A stretch of DNA of 64,000 nt from an uncultured Candidatus Saccharibacteria bacterium. GTDB lineage: Bacteria > Patescibacteriota > Minisyncoccia > Phycocordibacterales > SBAW01. The DNA lies in the NCBI GenBank assembly GCA_964420015.1, contig CAYQPO010000002.1:7997-71996 (forward strand), in the 5' to 3' direction. The position numbers and the translations under genes were made by a program. Below the pieces are notes generated by a model. It searched no databases. It was not told where the DNA came from and worked only from the letters and a program-made list of their open reading frames with translations. Position 1 is the stretch's first letter. The number at the start of each line of letters is the position of its first letter. Positions 1-9,695 of this stretch are shown here, in pieces.

Positions 1-832
1 GAAGCTCCAAGACGAAGACCCAACCTTCCGCGTGACCTCAGACCAAGAGACCGCTGAGACGCTCATCTCGGGCATGGGCGAGCTGCACTTGGAGATTATG
101 GTCGATCGTATGAAGCGCGAGTTTAATGTCGAGGCCAACGTGGGCAAACCGCAGGTGGCCTACCGCGAAACCATCCAGGCTGCTGCCGAAGCAGAGGGTA
201 AATATATTAAGCAGACCGGGGGCAAGGGTCAGTACGGCCATGTGCGCCTGCGGGTGAAGCCGCTTGAGCCGCTCGATCCGGATAAAAAGATTGCTAAAAA
301 CGTTACGCGTGAGGACCACTTCGAATTTATCGACTCGATCAAAGGGGGTGTGGTGCCGCAGGAGTTTATCGGCCCGGTCGAAGACGGCGTGCGCGAGGCA
401 ATGGAGCGTGGCTTTGTTGCTGGCTTTAAGATGGTGGATATTTCGGTTGAGCTCTACGACGGTTCCTACCACGACGTCGACTCCTCAGAAATTGCATTTA
501 AAATCGCGGCATCGATGGGCTTTCAAGAGGCGCTGCGCTCTGCCCGTCCGGTGTTGCTTGAGCCCATCATGAAAGTTGAGGTGGTGACTCCAGAGAAGTT
601 TATGGGTGACATCACTGGCTCACTTTCAGGTAAGCGCGGCCAGATTGAAGGGATGGAGGAGCGCGGCATGGCACGCGCAATCAAGGCCAAGGTGCCCCTT
701 AGTGAGATGTTTGGGTACACCACCTCGCTTCGCTCGATGACCGAGGGTCGCGCGAGCTTTACCATGGAGTTTGACCACTACGAGGTGGTGCCACCGCAGG
801 TGGCCCAAACGATCATCGCCGCGCGCAAATAG
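1..832 (+). CDS. fusA: Elongation factor G, C-terminal part (5' end outside window)
   Basis: [30 protein letters not shown] and [15 protein letters not shown] motifs; directly upstream of tuf. Confidence 0.98.
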   Translation, partial: KLQDEDPTFRVTSDQETAETLISGMGELHLEIMVDRMKREFNVEANVGKPQVAYRETIQAAAEAEGKYIKQTGGKGQYGHVRLRVKPLEPLDPDKKIAKNVTREDHFEFIDSIKGGVVPQEFIGPVEDGVREAMERGFVAGFKMVDISVELYDGSYHDVDSSEIAFKIAASMGFQEALRSARPVLLEPIMKVEVVTPEKFMGDITGSLSGKRGQIEGMEERGMARAIKAKVPLSEMFGYTTSLRSMTEGRASFTMEFDHYEVVPPQVAQTIIAARK

Positions 833-884
833 TCTTGCGTAATCCAGAGACTCTGGTAGTATGTCCAGAACGCTAGTGCGGGCG

Positions 885-904
885 CCTGCCTGCCGGCAGG
901 CAAG
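885..904. repeat. Palindromic repeat CCTGCCTG-n-CAGGCAGG (representative copy)
   Basis: Related copies at about 885, 20685 and 27028 (the last inside ftsH). Confidence 0.7.
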
Positions 905-959
905 TGTATCCCTTTGCTCGAAAATTAATTAGTAGGGTTAATAATTAGTAATTGTTTAT

Positions 960-2153
960 ATGGCAAACTTTGAACGTGCGAAGCCGCACCTAAACGTCGG
1001 CACCATCGGCCACGTCGACCACGGCAAGACGACGCTCACCGCGGCGATCACCCACGTGCTTGACATGGCGAAGGGCCAAGGCTACGGCGCTCGCGTCGAG
1101 GGTGTTGACAAGATCGACAACGCTCCCGAAGAGAAGGCGCGCGGTATTACGATTGCGCTCCACCACTCGGAGTACGAGACCCCGAACCGCCACTACGCGC
1201 ACATCGACGCGCCTGGCCACGCCGACTACATCAAAAACATGATCACGGGTGCGGCACAGATGGACGGTGCGATCCTCGTGGTCGCCGCAACCGACGGTGC
1301 GATGCCGCAAACGCGCGAGCACATCTTGCTTGCTAAGCAGGTCGGCGTGCCGAAGATCATCGTCTTTCTCAACAAGACCGACATGGTTGACGACAAAGAC
1401 CTCATCGACCTCGTCGAGGAGGAGGTAAAAGACTTGCTCAAAAAGCAGGGCTACACCGACTCGCCGGTTATCCGCGGCTCTGGGCTGAAGGGTTTGGAGT
1501 CTAAATCGATGGACGATGAGTGGGCTAAAAAGATCCTTGAGCTCGTAAACACGCTCGACAGCTACATTCCTGAGCCCAAGCGCGAGCTCGACAAGCCGTT
1601 CTTGATGCCGGTAGAAGACATCTTTTCAATCGAAGGCCGCGGCACCGTCGTGACTGGCCGCATTGAGCGCGGTGTGGTTAAGGTGGGCGAGGAGGTAGAG
1701 ATCGTAGGACTGCAGCCGACCACCAAAACGACCGTGACCGGTATCGAGATGTTTAACAAACAACTTGACCAGGGTCAGGCCGGCGACAACGCAGGAATCT
1801 TGCTGCGCGGTACTGCTAAAGAAGACATCCACCGCGGCCAAGTACTGGCCAAGCCTGGGTCTGTAACCCCGCACACCGAGTTTGAGGCTGAGGTATATGT
1901 GTTGACCAAAGACGAGGGGGGCCGCCACACGCCATTCTTTTCTGGCTACAAACCGCAATTCTACATCCGCACGACCGACGTGACCGGGGAGGTAACCTTG
2001 GCACAGGGGACCGAGATGGTCATGCCAGGTGACACCGCCAAGTTTAAGGTCAAGCTCGTAGCGCCAGTCGCCTTGGAGGAGCAGACCCGCTTCGCTATCC
2101 GCGAGGGTGGCAAGACGGTCGGCGCAGGCGTCGTTACTAAGATCACTGCGTAA
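960..2153 (+). CDS. tuf: Elongation factor Tu
   Basis: [33 protein letters not shown]; 397 aa. Confidence 0.99.
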   Translation: MANFERAKPHLNVGTIGHVDHGKTTLTAAITHVLDMAKGQGYGARVEGVDKIDNAPEEKARGITIALHHSEYETPNRHYAHIDAPGHADYIKNMITGAAQMDGAILVVAATDGAMPQTREHILLAKQVGVPKIIVFLNKTDMVDDKDLIDLVEEEVKDLLKKQGYTDSPVIRGSGLKGLESKSMDDEWAKKILELVNTLDSYIPEPKRELDKPFLMPVEDIFSIEGRGTVVTGRIERGVVKVGEEVEIVGLQPTTKTTVTGIEMFNKQLDQGQAGDNAGILLRGTAKEDIHRGQVLAKPGSVTPHTEFEAEVYVLTKDEGGRHTPFFSGYKPQFYIRTTDVTGEVTLAQGTEMVMPGDTAKFKVKLVAPVALEEQTRFAIREGGKTVGAGVVTKITA

Positions 2154-2170
2154 TCTAAGAAAACTAAACA

Positions 2171-2200
2171 GAAAAACCCGGCCTCGCGGTCGGGTTTTTC
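2171..2200 (+). terminator. Intrinsic terminator after tuf
   Basis: gaaaaacccg...cgggtttttc inverted repeat with T tract. Confidence 0.8.
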
Positions 2201-2302
2201 TTATGCTAGTATGGTTTTGTTCGAATATTATCTGTAAGCGTTAGCTAATCGGGTATAGGTTACTCCGAGCGTAGTCGAGGAGAGAACTAGACCCACGTAA
2301 TT

Positions 2303-2713
2303 ATGGCAACCGAAAAGAAAGAGAAGAAGGCGCCCTCTTCCGTTAAAGCTGCGGAGAGCAAGCCGGCAAAGCCGCGCGCGCCTCGTGCAAAAAAGGCAGA
2401 CGCGCCGGTGGCGCGGCTGCGCATTAAGGTCCGCGCCTACGAGCACAAGGTGCTCGACGCGTCGGTGAAGCAAATATTAGACACCGCGCTTCGCTATGAT
2501 GCGAAAGTTGCGGGGCCAATCCCTTTGCCGACCGAAATTAAAAAGTATACGGTCAACCGCTCAACCTTCATCTACAAAGATGCGCGCGAGCAGTTTGAGA
2601 TGCGCATCCACAAGCGCGTGATCGATATTCTCGACCCCACGCCGAAGGTGATTGAGGCGCTCACTAACTTGTCACTCCCATCTGGAGTCACCATTGACGT
2701 CAAGATGGCCTAA
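2303..2713 (+). CDS. rpsJ: 30S ribosomal protein S10 with Lys/Ala-rich N-terminal extension
   Basis: [28 protein letters not shown]. Confidence 0.97.
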   Translation: MATEKKEKKAPSSVKAAESKPAKPRAPRAKKADAPVARLRIKVRAYEHKVLDASVKQILDTALRYDAKVAGPIPLPTEIKKYTVNRSTFIYKDAREQFEMRIHKRVIDILDPTPKVIEALTNLSLPSGVTIDVKMA

Positions 2714-2715
2714 AC

Positions 2716-2743
2716 AAAAACTCCCGCTCCGGCGGGAGTTTTT
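2716..2743 (+). terminator. Intrinsic terminator after rpsJ
   Basis: aaaaactcccgc-tccg-gcgggagttttt. Confidence 0.8.
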
Positions 2744-2753
2744 CGTGTATAGT

Positions 2754-2878
2754 GATGGTGTCCGAGTCGAGTCGAGAGGGGCCACAAGCCTCAGACCCTC
2801 GGAAACGGGCGAGGATCAGTTCATTAACCCAAATCCTTGCTGACAGGCCGGCGGCACACCCCCGCCGGCTTTCTGTTT
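2754..2878 (+). ncRNA. Candidate structured small RNA, unassigned
   Basis: TATAGT at 2748-2753, several stems (gcgaggat/atccttgc, gcct/aggc), terminator gccggcgg/ccgccggc plus T tract; no convincing ORF. Confidence 0.4.
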
Positions 2879-2908
2879 GCATAAAAAATTGAAAGAAGTA
2901 TAACCCTT

Positions 2909-3475
2909 ATGGGCGTTGCACCTACAACGGCAAAGGAGGAGACCGTGCGCGCATTACAGCAGTGGCTCCTCAGGGAGCCGTCTGGGAATCTGTTGCTCGG
3001 GTTGTGCCATTTTTTCCTGGCGCTTCTTGTGTTTGATCTACTGTACCCAACCGCGTGGTTTGCCGAAGTGGCAAAATCCCTACCACTCCCAGAATATCAG
3101 CGTCCTAGGCCTCTTGATCCAAATCTGAGGTCTTATATGGTCCTGCTTCTGGCCACTCCCCTGCTAGAAGAGTTTTTCTATCGAGTTGTGCCCTTGACCG
3201 GAGCTGTTTGGTTGTCGCGATGGGGCGGTTGGGTTGGAATATGGGCAATCACAGTGGAGAGTTCTTTGTTCTTCGGGTTTAGGCATGTACCTACGTGGGG
3301 GTGGGGAACAATACCTTTCTATTTTTTGGTGGGAGTGGTCTACTCTCTGTTGTATCTGAAGTGTGGTGGATTGCAGGGTAAGATCCTAAAACCTTTCGCA
3401 ATCTGTGTAGGATCCCATATATTCTGGAATTGGTTCGCTCTGGTCTTGCAATGGATCCAATTGATCTACAGGTGA
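2909..3475 (+). CDS. CPBP/CAAX-family (Abi) intramembrane glutamic protease
   Basis: PLLEEFFYR, FFGFRH and HIFWN motifs; several TM segments. Confidence 0.85.
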   Translation: MGVAPTTAKEETVRALQQWLLREPSGNLLLGLCHFFLALLVFDLLYPTAWFAEVAKSLPLPEYQRPRPLDPNLRSYMVLLLATPLLEEFFYRVVPLTGAVWLSRWGGWVGIWAITVESSLFFGFRHVPTWGWGTIPFYFLVGVVYSLLYLKCGGLQGKILKPFAICVGSHIFWNWFALVLQWIQLIYR

Positions 3476-3615
3476 GGCGTCGCAAGTTAAGCGGCGCCTC
3501 TTTAATTTGCATAAAAATTTGGCCTAGAGTATAGTGCCTGAGACGTTAGAAATAGCGTTGATGAGCGTCCCAGCGGCTTTGCCGCACTCAGGCGTAGAGC
3601 GGACCAACCACAACT

Positions 3616-4287
3616 ATGAAGTTTATCCTTGGCACAAAGGGCAAGATGACCACCGTGTATACCGAAGAGGGCACGGCTTTTGCCGCTACCATCATCAACG
3701 CAGCCCCCAACACGGTGACGCAGATTAAGACCGCCGAAAAAGATGGCTACGATGCGGTGCAGCTCGGGGCGGGCGAGACTAAAGCAAGCCGCATCAACAA
3801 GGCGCAAGTTAATCATGCTAAGGGCAAGGCGCTTAAAAATTTTCGCGAGCTGCGCCCGCGCCCCTCGACTAAGCTCGGGGAAATCGACAAAAACTTTCCC
3901 GAAGTAGGCTCGACGGTTGACGTATCGACCTTTGCGGTCGGCGACAAAGTGGTCGTCTCGGCAATCTCCAAGGCCAAGGGCTTTCAAGGCGTGGTCAAGC
4001 GCCACGGCTTCCATGGCGGCCCGCGTTCACACGGCCAAAAGCACTCTGAGCGCGCGCCGGGCTCAATCGGCGGCGGCGGCGGTCGCGCAGGCGGCCGTGT
4101 CGCTAAGGGTATGCGCATGGCCGGCCGCATGGGGGGTGAGTTGGTGACGGTACGCAACCTTGCAATCCTTCAGGTGCATCCCGAGACCAACGAGCTCGTG
4201 ATTTCAGGCGCGATCCCGGGCCGCAAGGGCACACTCGTGGAAATTAGGGGTCTCAACCCTTCGACTGACGCTCAGGGTAAAAAATAA
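3616..4287 (+). CDS. rplC: 50S ribosomal protein L3
   Basis: ILGTKGKMT, DGYDAVQL, KGFQGVVKRHGF, MAGRMG. Confidence 0.98.
   Translation: MKFILGTKGKMTTVYTEEGTAFAATIINAAPNTVTQIKTAEKDGYDAVQLGAGETKASRINKAQVNHAKGKALKNFRELRPRPSTKLGEIDKNFPEVGSTVDVSTFAVGDKVVVSAISKAKGFQGVVKRHGFHGGPRSHGQKHSERAPGSIGGGGGRAGGRVAKGMRMAGRMGGELVTVRNLAILQVHPETNELVISGAIPGRKGTLVEIRGLNPSTDAQGKK
4255..4280 (+). repeat. Short palindromic repeat family CCCTTCGAC-n-CTCAGGG (representative copy)
   Basis: Related copies at about 2261, 3861, 4255, 4945, 8676, 9657, 18755, 18861, 21983, 28734, 37900 and 57847, on both strands. Confidence 0.85.
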
Positions 4288-4296
4288 GAATTTTTT

Positions 4297-4977
4297 ATGG
4301 AAAGCAAAATCTATAACTCACAAGGCAAAGAGGCAGGGAAGATCGATCTCCCCGAGAACCTCTTCGGTTTGCCCTGGAACGCCGACCTGGTGCACCAAGT
4401 GGTGACCTCGATGCAGGCCAACGCCCGCACGCCGGTGGCACACACTAAAGATCGCGGTGAAGTACGCGGCGGTGGTCGCAAACCTTGGCAGCAAAAGGGC
4501 ACTGGTCGCGCTCGCCATGGTTCGTCGCGCTCACCCATTTGGAAGGGTGGCGGTGTAACCCACGGCCCGCGCAACGAGCGCAATTATTCGGTTAAAGTAA
4601 ACCGCTCAATGTCGCGCAAGGCGCTCCTCGTAGCACTCTCGCGCAAGTACAAAGACGGTGAGGTAGTCTTCGTCGATTCGCTCGAGACCACAGCACCAAA
4701 AACTGCTGAGGCTAAAAAGGCGATCGTGGCGCTCAGCAAAAACTTTAAGGGCCTGGAAAAGCCGCGCAACGCTGCACTGGTAGTGTTGCCAGCGCGCAGT
4801 GTCCCGACCATCAAATCCTTCCGCAACTTTGGTAACGTGGCGGTCGAGGAGGCGCGCAACCTCAATGCCTTGAGCGTCCTTTCGGCCAAGTATGTGCTCG
4901 TCTCCTCGCCCAAAGAGTCGCTTGAGGTGATCGGTAAAAATGGTAACCCTTCGACAAAGCCTCAGGGTAAAAAATAG
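4297..4977 (+). CDS. rplD: 50S ribosomal protein L4
   Basis: TKDRGEVRGGGRKPWQQKGTGRARHGS. Confidence 0.98.
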   Translation: MESKIYNSQGKEAGKIDLPENLFGLPWNADLVHQVVTSMQANARTPVAHTKDRGEVRGGGRKPWQQKGTGRARHGSSRSPIWKGGGVTHGPRNERNYSVKVNRSMSRKALLVALSRKYKDGEVVFVDSLETTAPKTAEAKKAIVALSKNFKGLEKPRNAALVVLPARSVPTIKSFRNFGNVAVEEARNLNALSVLSAKYVLVSSPKESLEVIGKNGNPSTKPQGKK

Positions 4978-4986
4978 GAATTTTTT

Positions 4987-5274
4987 ATGAAAAAGCACGC
5001 ATCCCAAATACTCTTTGCCCCGCGCATTACCGAAAAGGCCTCGTTCTTAAGCGAGCAGGGTGCTTATACATTTGATGTAGCAAAAGATGCCACCAAAGAG
5101 GCGGTGGCAACCGCGATCCGCGAGGTCTACCAAGTGGTGCCACGCAAGGTTACGTTTGTCACTGTGCCGCGCAAAATGGTTATAACGCGCGGTACTAACC
5201 GCTACGGGCACACCCGCGGTGGCAAAAAGGCCTACGTCTTTTTGAAGAAAGGAGACAAAATTGAGATTGCGTAA
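4987..5274 (+). CDS. rplW: 50S ribosomal protein L23
   Basis: PRITEKA, YTFDV, KKAYVFLKKG; operon position. Confidence 0.96.
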   Translation: MKKHASQILFAPRITEKASFLSEQGAYTFDVAKDATKEAVATAIREVYQVVPRKVTFVTVPRKMVITRGTNRYGHTRGGKKAYVFLKKGDKIEIA

Positions 5275-5296
5275 GGGTAAATTTTAAGAAAAATTT

Positions 5297-6142
5297 ATGA
5301 AATCCTACCGACCATACACCAAATCGCGCCGCCACATGAGCACCGTTACCTTTAAGGGAGTGCTCACGCATAGCGAGCCGCACAAAGCACTTACCCAAGG
5401 TGGCAAGCGCCACATGGGCCGCTCAGCTGGCCGAATCTCGGTGCGCCACAAGGGCGGTGGTCACAAGCGCCTCCAGCGTTTGGTCGACTTTAGCTACAAA
5501 AAGTTGGTCCCCGCCAAAGTCGAAACAGTCGAGTATGATCCCAACCGCTCGGGCTTTATTGGTGTCTTGGTGTATCGCGACGGCGAGCGCCGCTACGCGC
5601 TCTTGCCACGTTCGATTAAGGTGGGCGCCACGATCGAAACGGGCGAGGGCGTCCCCGCAACTCCAGGCAATCGCATGCCGCTTAAACATATCCCGCTTGG
5701 CACCTTTGTATACAACGTCGAGATCAAACCGGGCCAAGGTGGCAAGCTCGGCCGCTCTGCGGGCACCCACATCGAGATAGTGGCGCGCGACCAGGGCTAT
5801 GTTGACCTTAAGATGCCTTCGAGCGAAATTCGTAAAGTGCCTGAAACTTGCTGGGCGACCGTCGGCGAGGTCTCTAACGACGAGCACCACCTACGCGTGA
5901 TCGGCAAAGCTGGCCGCTCCCGCTGGCTCGGGATCCGCCCCACGGTGCGCGGTACCGCGATGAACCCGGTAGATCACCCGCACGGCGGCGGCGAGGGCCG
6001 CCAGGGCAGGGGGCTTCGCCGCGCAAAAAGCATGTGGGGTAAGCCCACCGGCAAGGGCCAAAAGACGCGCCGCCCGAAAAAGTATTCTAACTATCTCATC
6101 GTCTCTCGTCGTAAGGTTGGTAAACGCGGTCAACAGCAATAG
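5297..6142 (+). CDS. rplB: 50S ribosomal protein L2
   Basis: EYDPNRS, RGTAMNPVDHPHGGGEG. Confidence 0.99.
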   Translation: MKSYRPYTKSRRHMSTVTFKGVLTHSEPHKALTQGGKRHMGRSAGRISVRHKGGGHKRLQRLVDFSYKKLVPAKVETVEYDPNRSGFIGVLVYRDGERRYALLPRSIKVGATIETGEGVPATPGNRMPLKHIPLGTFVYNVEIKPGQGGKLGRSAGTHIEIVARDQGYVDLKMPSSEIRKVPETCWATVGEVSNDEHHLRVIGKAGRSRWLGIRPTVRGTAMNPVDHPHGGGEGRQGRGLRRAKSMWGKPTGKGQKTRRPKKYSNYLIVSRRKVGKRGQQQ

Positions 6143-6197
6143 AAAGAAAAACAATCACCCTGGCTGAAAAGCCAGGGTGACCGCGCTCTGCGCATCA

Positions 6198-6464
6198 TTA
6201 TTTGCGCATCGTCTGGTAGTCTCTCAAGAGCGCGTTGTAGCGCTCTGTGCACTGCTCGCAATCTTCGGTGACGTGCTTCCACGTCAGTTCCATTGATGCG
6301 CGGTTATTGAAGAAATGGCAGAAATACGCGCTGCGTGCCAACCGGACTTCGTGGAGGCTTCTCTCTCCAGTCGCCGTAAAACTACGCAGATCATACTCCA
6401 AGCGCTGAAGCCTCGTCTCTACCGGTCCCCGGAAGGGAACCGTATCCACGGACAAGGTGCTCAT
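6198..6464 (-). CDS. Hypothetical protein inserted antisense between rplB and rpsS
   Basis: 88-aa ORF with GGAGGG SD-like motif; converging hairpin at about 6156-6180. Confidence 0.55.
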   Translation of the reverse strand: MSTLSVDTVPFRGPVETRLQRLEYDLRSFTATGERSLHEVRLARSAYFCHFFNNRASMELTWKHVTEDCEQCTERYNALLRDYQTMRK

Positions 6465-6617
6465 GGTTCCCTCCGCACTGTCTGTCCAACAACACTGTAC
6501 ATTTTACCGGACGCTTGCACAAGATATCCTGCTAGGCTATAGTGTCCACACATCGCGTACCGCAAGGCCCAGGCGCTCTCTGCTTGTGGCGGGTAGGCGA
6601 ATTTATATTGGCAGAGT

Positions 6618-6980
6618 ATGGCACGCAGCCTCAAAAAAGGACCCTATGTAGATGAGAAGCTCCTCAAAAAGATTGAGGGGAAACGCCCTTTGGACACCGG
6701 GCTGATTAAGACCTGGGCGCGCCGCTCACAGATTGCTCCTGAAATGGTGGGCTTTAAGTTTGGAGTGCATAACGGCAAAACTCATATTGAGGTGCTCGTC
6801 TCTGAAGACATGGTGGGGCACCGCTTGGGGGAGTTTTCTCCTACAAAGAAGTTCTTGCGCCACGGCGGCAAGATGCAGAAGGAGATCGAGCTCAAGGCCA
6901 AGGAGGCCGAGGTTGCAGCCGCACAAGCTGCCAAGGCCGCCGCTGATGCAACGGCCAACAAAAAGCCGGCCGCAAAATAA
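6618..6980 (+). CDS. rpsS: 30S ribosomal protein S19 with Ala/Lys-rich C-terminal extension
   Basis: [24 protein letters not shown]. Confidence 0.98.
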   Translation: MARSLKKGPYVDEKLLKKIEGKRPLDTGLIKTWARRSQIAPEMVGFKFGVHNGKTHIEVLVSEDMVGHRLGEFSPTKKFLRHGGKMQKEIELKAKEAEVAAAQAAKAAADATANKKPAAK

Positions 6981-7010
6981 TCTATACATCACTCGTAAAC
7001 TCGTATCCCT

Positions 7011-7370
7011 ATGGCAGCCGCAACCGCACAACTCAAAAACTATCGCCAAGCACCGCGCAAGGTGCGCCTTTTGGCCGATTTGGTCCGCGGCAAGAGTGCC
7101 GAGCGTGCACTCTCGCTCCTCTCGGTGCTCCCCAAGCGCGCCTCTGAGCCCATGCAAAAACTCATCAAGTCGGCCATCGCAAACTCGGGCGCCCCTGCCT
7201 CGGAGCTCTACATCTCAAGCATCCAGGTTAATGGCGGAATTGTGTTTAAGCGCATGATGCCGCGTGCTCGGGGCAGGGGTGCGCGCATCAATAAGCGCAC
7301 GAGCCATATCTCGCTTTCTTTGGATAAGAAAGTGAAATCCGAAGCACGAAGTCCGAAATCCGAAAAATAA
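7011..7370 (+). CDS. rplV: 50S ribosomal protein L22
   Basis: PRKVRLLADLVRG, PRARGRG, KRTSHI. Confidence 0.97.
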   Translation: MAAATAQLKNYRQAPRKVRLLADLVRGKSAERALSLLSVLPKRASEPMQKLIKSAIANSGAPASELYISSIQVNGGIVFKRMMPRARGRGARINKRTSHISLSLDKKVKSEARSPKSEK

Positions 7371-7371
7371 T

Positions 7372-8046
7372 ATGAGTAAAGTAGTACACCCATTTGCACA
7401 CCGCCTTGGCACGCTTCGCGACTGGCGCCACCGCTGGTTCGCCGAAGGCCCCGCCTATATTGAGAATCTCAAGATGGGCGTCCTTTTGCGCGAGCATCTT
7501 ATGAAAGAGCTGCGCGGTATGTACGTGGGCGGCATGGAGCTCGAGCGCAACACCAAGCAACTGCGCGTCGTGATCAAGACCTCGCGTCCAGGCCTCATCA
7601 TCGGCCGCTCGGGAGAGGGCTCGGCAAAACTGCGCCAAAATATCGAGAAGTTCCTCCGCAAGAAAGGGCTCGCGGTGCCCGAGATTAAGCTCGACATTGA
7701 AGAAATCCGTAGTCCAGAGTCGTCCGCTGCGATCGTAAGCTACATGGTGGTCGAAGGGCTCGAGAAGCGCTTGCCATTTCGCCGGGTGCTCAAGTCGACT
7801 ATTGAAAAGGTGATGGCCAACCGCGATGTAAAGGGCGTGCGCATTCAAATTTCGGGCATGCTCGGCGGTGGCTCAATGGCCCGCACCGAAACCTTGAAGA
7901 AGGGCCGGATTCCCTTGCAGACGATCCGTGCCGACGTCGACTACCACCGCGAGCGCGCTAACTTACCGCTGGGTGTCGTTGGGGTCAAGGTCTGGATCTA
8001 CAAAGGCGACATCTTTAGCAAGAGCGCTAAGGACAACAAAGCGTAA
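7372..8046 (+). CDS. rpsC: 30S ribosomal protein S3
   Basis: VHPFAHRLG, RPGLIIG, GRIPLQTIRADVDY, GVKVWIY. Confidence 0.98.
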   Translation: MSKVVHPFAHRLGTLRDWRHRWFAEGPAYIENLKMGVLLREHLMKELRGMYVGGMELERNTKQLRVVIKTSRPGLIIGRSGEGSAKLRQNIEKFLRKKGLAVPEIKLDIEEIRSPESSAAIVSYMVVEGLEKRLPFRRVLKSTIEKVMANRDVKGVRIQISGMLGGGSMARTETLKKGRIPLQTIRADVDYHRERANLPLGVVGVKVWIYKGDIFSKSAKDNKA

Positions 8047-8062
8047 TTAACTTTTTCTTACC

Positions 8063-8482
8063 ATGCTGTTTCCTAAAAAAGTAAAATTTCGTAAGTCGCA
8101 CACCATGCGCAAAAACCCCAAGATCGTTAAGTTTGCAACGAGGGGGGTAACCATTGCCTTTGGCAGCCATGGCCTCAAAGCCACCTCGGCCGCGCGCGTG
8201 CGCTCGAACCAAATTGAAAGTGCGCGCAAGGTGATCGCGCGCTCACTTGGCAAAACCGGTAAGCAGTGGGTGCGCATCTTCCCCGATAAACCGTTTACTA
8301 AAAAGCCGCCAGAAGTAAAACTCGGCAAGGGCAAAGGCGAATTGGAGGGCTACGAGGTGCAGATCTGGCCGGGCCGTGTTTTGTTTGAAGTAGACGGCGT
8401 GCCGGCAGAGCTGGCGGTCAAGACCTTGAACTCGGCTGCGAAGAAACTGCCGCTCAAGGCCAAAGTCGTTGCCCGTCACTAA
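8063..8482 (+). CDS. rplP: 50S ribosomal protein L16
   Basis: MLFPKKVKFRK, WVRIFPDKP, GKGKG. Confidence 0.98.
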   Translation: MLFPKKVKFRKSHTMRKNPKIVKFATRGVTIAFGSHGLKATSAARVRSNQIESARKVIARSLGKTGKQWVRIFPDKPFTKKPPEVKLGKGKGELEGYEVQIWPGRVLFEVDGVPAELAVKTLNSAAKKLPLKAKVVARH

Positions 8483-8498
8483 CACGTATCCCACTACT

Positions 8499-8705
8499 AT
8501 GGCAAAGAAAACTGATTACAAAAATCAATCACACGAAGAGTTGCGCAAGGTGATTAACACCAAGCGCGAGGAGCTGCGCAGCTTGCGTTTTAATTACTCC
8601 GGTAGTAAAAATCGTGATGTTAATGCGGCGATGAAGCTGCGCCGGGAGATCGCCCGAGCGCTCACTGCGCTTAATAACCCTTCGACCAAGCCTCAGGGTA
8701 AATAA
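8499..8705 (+). CDS. rpmC: 50S ribosomal protein L29
   Basis: ELRSLRF and LRREIARALT; lies between rplP and rpsQ. Confidence 0.93.
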   Translation: MAKKTDYKNQSHEELRKVINTKREELRSLRFNYSGSKNRDVNAAMKLRREIARALTALNNPSTKPQGK

Positions 8706-8713
8706 GAATTTAT

Positions 8714-8980
8714 ATGGACAAGCAAAGCAACAAAGTCGGCCCTAAAGAGTTTCGCGGTACCGTCGTCTCGACCAAGATGGCACAGACGGCCGTGGTTGCA
8801 GTTTCGCGCTACGTGAAGCATCCCAAGTACAAGAAGTATATTAAGCACACCAAGAAGTTTGCGGTGCACAATCCCGAGAACCGCGCTCAAGAGGGCGAAG
8901 TGGTCACCATTCGCGCGACCCGCCCGCTTTCTAAAACGAAACACTTCGAGATCGTGTTCAACCCTGCCGCTCACTCGTAA
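8714..8980 (+). CDS. rpsQ: 30S ribosomal protein S17
   Basis: GTVVSTKM, HPKYKK, RPLSKTK. Confidence 0.97.
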   Translation: MDKQSNKVGPKEFRGTVVSTKMAQTAVVAVSRYVKHPKYKKYIKHTKKFAVHNPENRAQEGEVVTIRATRPLSKTKHFEIVFNPAAHS

Positions 8981-8992
8981 ACTCGTAAATGT

Positions 8993-9373
8993 ATGATTCA
9001 AGATCGCTCACTCGTACACATTGCAGATAACTCCGGCGCCAAGATCGGACGCATCTTTAAAATCCCCGGCAGCTCAAAAAAGCGCTACGCCGAGATAGGG
9101 GAGCATGTCGTGCTCTCGGTGCAAACTGCCGAGCCGCGCAAAGCGGTAAAAAAGAAGGACATCCTGCATGCGGTAGTGGTGCGCCAGCGCAAACCGTTTC
9201 GCCGCAAAGACGGCTCCTACATCCGCTTCGACGACAATGCGGTCGTGATTTTGGAGTGGGGCGCTAAGGATAAAAAAGAGCCGAAAGCTGGGCGCATCTT
9301 TGGACCGATCCCGCGCGAGCTCCAAGACTTGGGCTACCAGACTATTATTTCGCGCGCTCCGGAGGTCGTCTAA
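8993..9373 (+). CDS. rplN: 50S ribosomal protein L14
   Basis: ADNSGAK, IRFDDNAVV, RIFGPIPREL. Confidence 0.98.
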   Translation: MIQDRSLVHIADNSGAKIGRIFKIPGSSKKRYAEIGEHVVLSVQTAEPRKAVKKKDILHAVVVRQRKPFRRKDGSYIRFDDNAVVILEWGAKDKKEPKAGRIFGPIPRELQDLGYQTIISRAPEVV

Positions 9374-9418
9374 GGTTAAACCTTGAGAGCTCTTGTGTTA
9401 AGGTTTAACCTTGAATCT

Positions 9419-9649
9419 ATGCAACCGAAACTACATATTAAAAAAGGAGATACGGTGACGATCCTCAGTGGGGTCGACAAAGGCAAAAGCGGCAAGGTCG
9501 TGCGCGTTTTCCCCAAACTCGGCAAAGTGCTTGTCGAGGGCGTGGGCAAGCGCGTTAAGCACCAAAAACCGCGCCGCGCTGGGCAAGCTGGCCAAGTGGT
9601 GGAGAAATTCCACCCCATCGCTGCAAGCAAAGTGGCGCTCAAGAAATAA
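9419..9649 (+). CDS. rplX: 50S ribosomal protein L24 (short form)
   Basis: IKKGDTVTILSGVDKGKSGKV, VLVEGV. Confidence 0.96.
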   Translation: MQPKLHIKKGDTVTILSGVDKGKSGKVVRVFPKLGKVLVEGVGKRVKHQKPRRAGQAGQVVEKFHPIAASKVALKK

Positions 9650-9695
9650 TGGATAGACCCTTCGACAAGCTCAGGGTAAATTTGAAGACAAATTT

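Noticed and set aside
2754-2870. 5S rRNA, SRP RNA or hammerhead ribozyme
   Set aside because: Only fragmentary resemblance; the 5S CCGAAC loop, the SRP GGAA/AGCAG motif and the CUGANGA core are absent.
7334-7370. aaatccgaa-type short repeat at the rplV 3' end, and aggttaaacct palindromes at 9372 and 34488
   Set aside because: Real but only one to three copies in this window; treated as further minor short-repeat families rather than separate systems.
4255-9679. Recurring palindromes as a CRISPR array
   Set aside because: They are dispersed, degenerate and not regularly spaced, and no cas genes are present.
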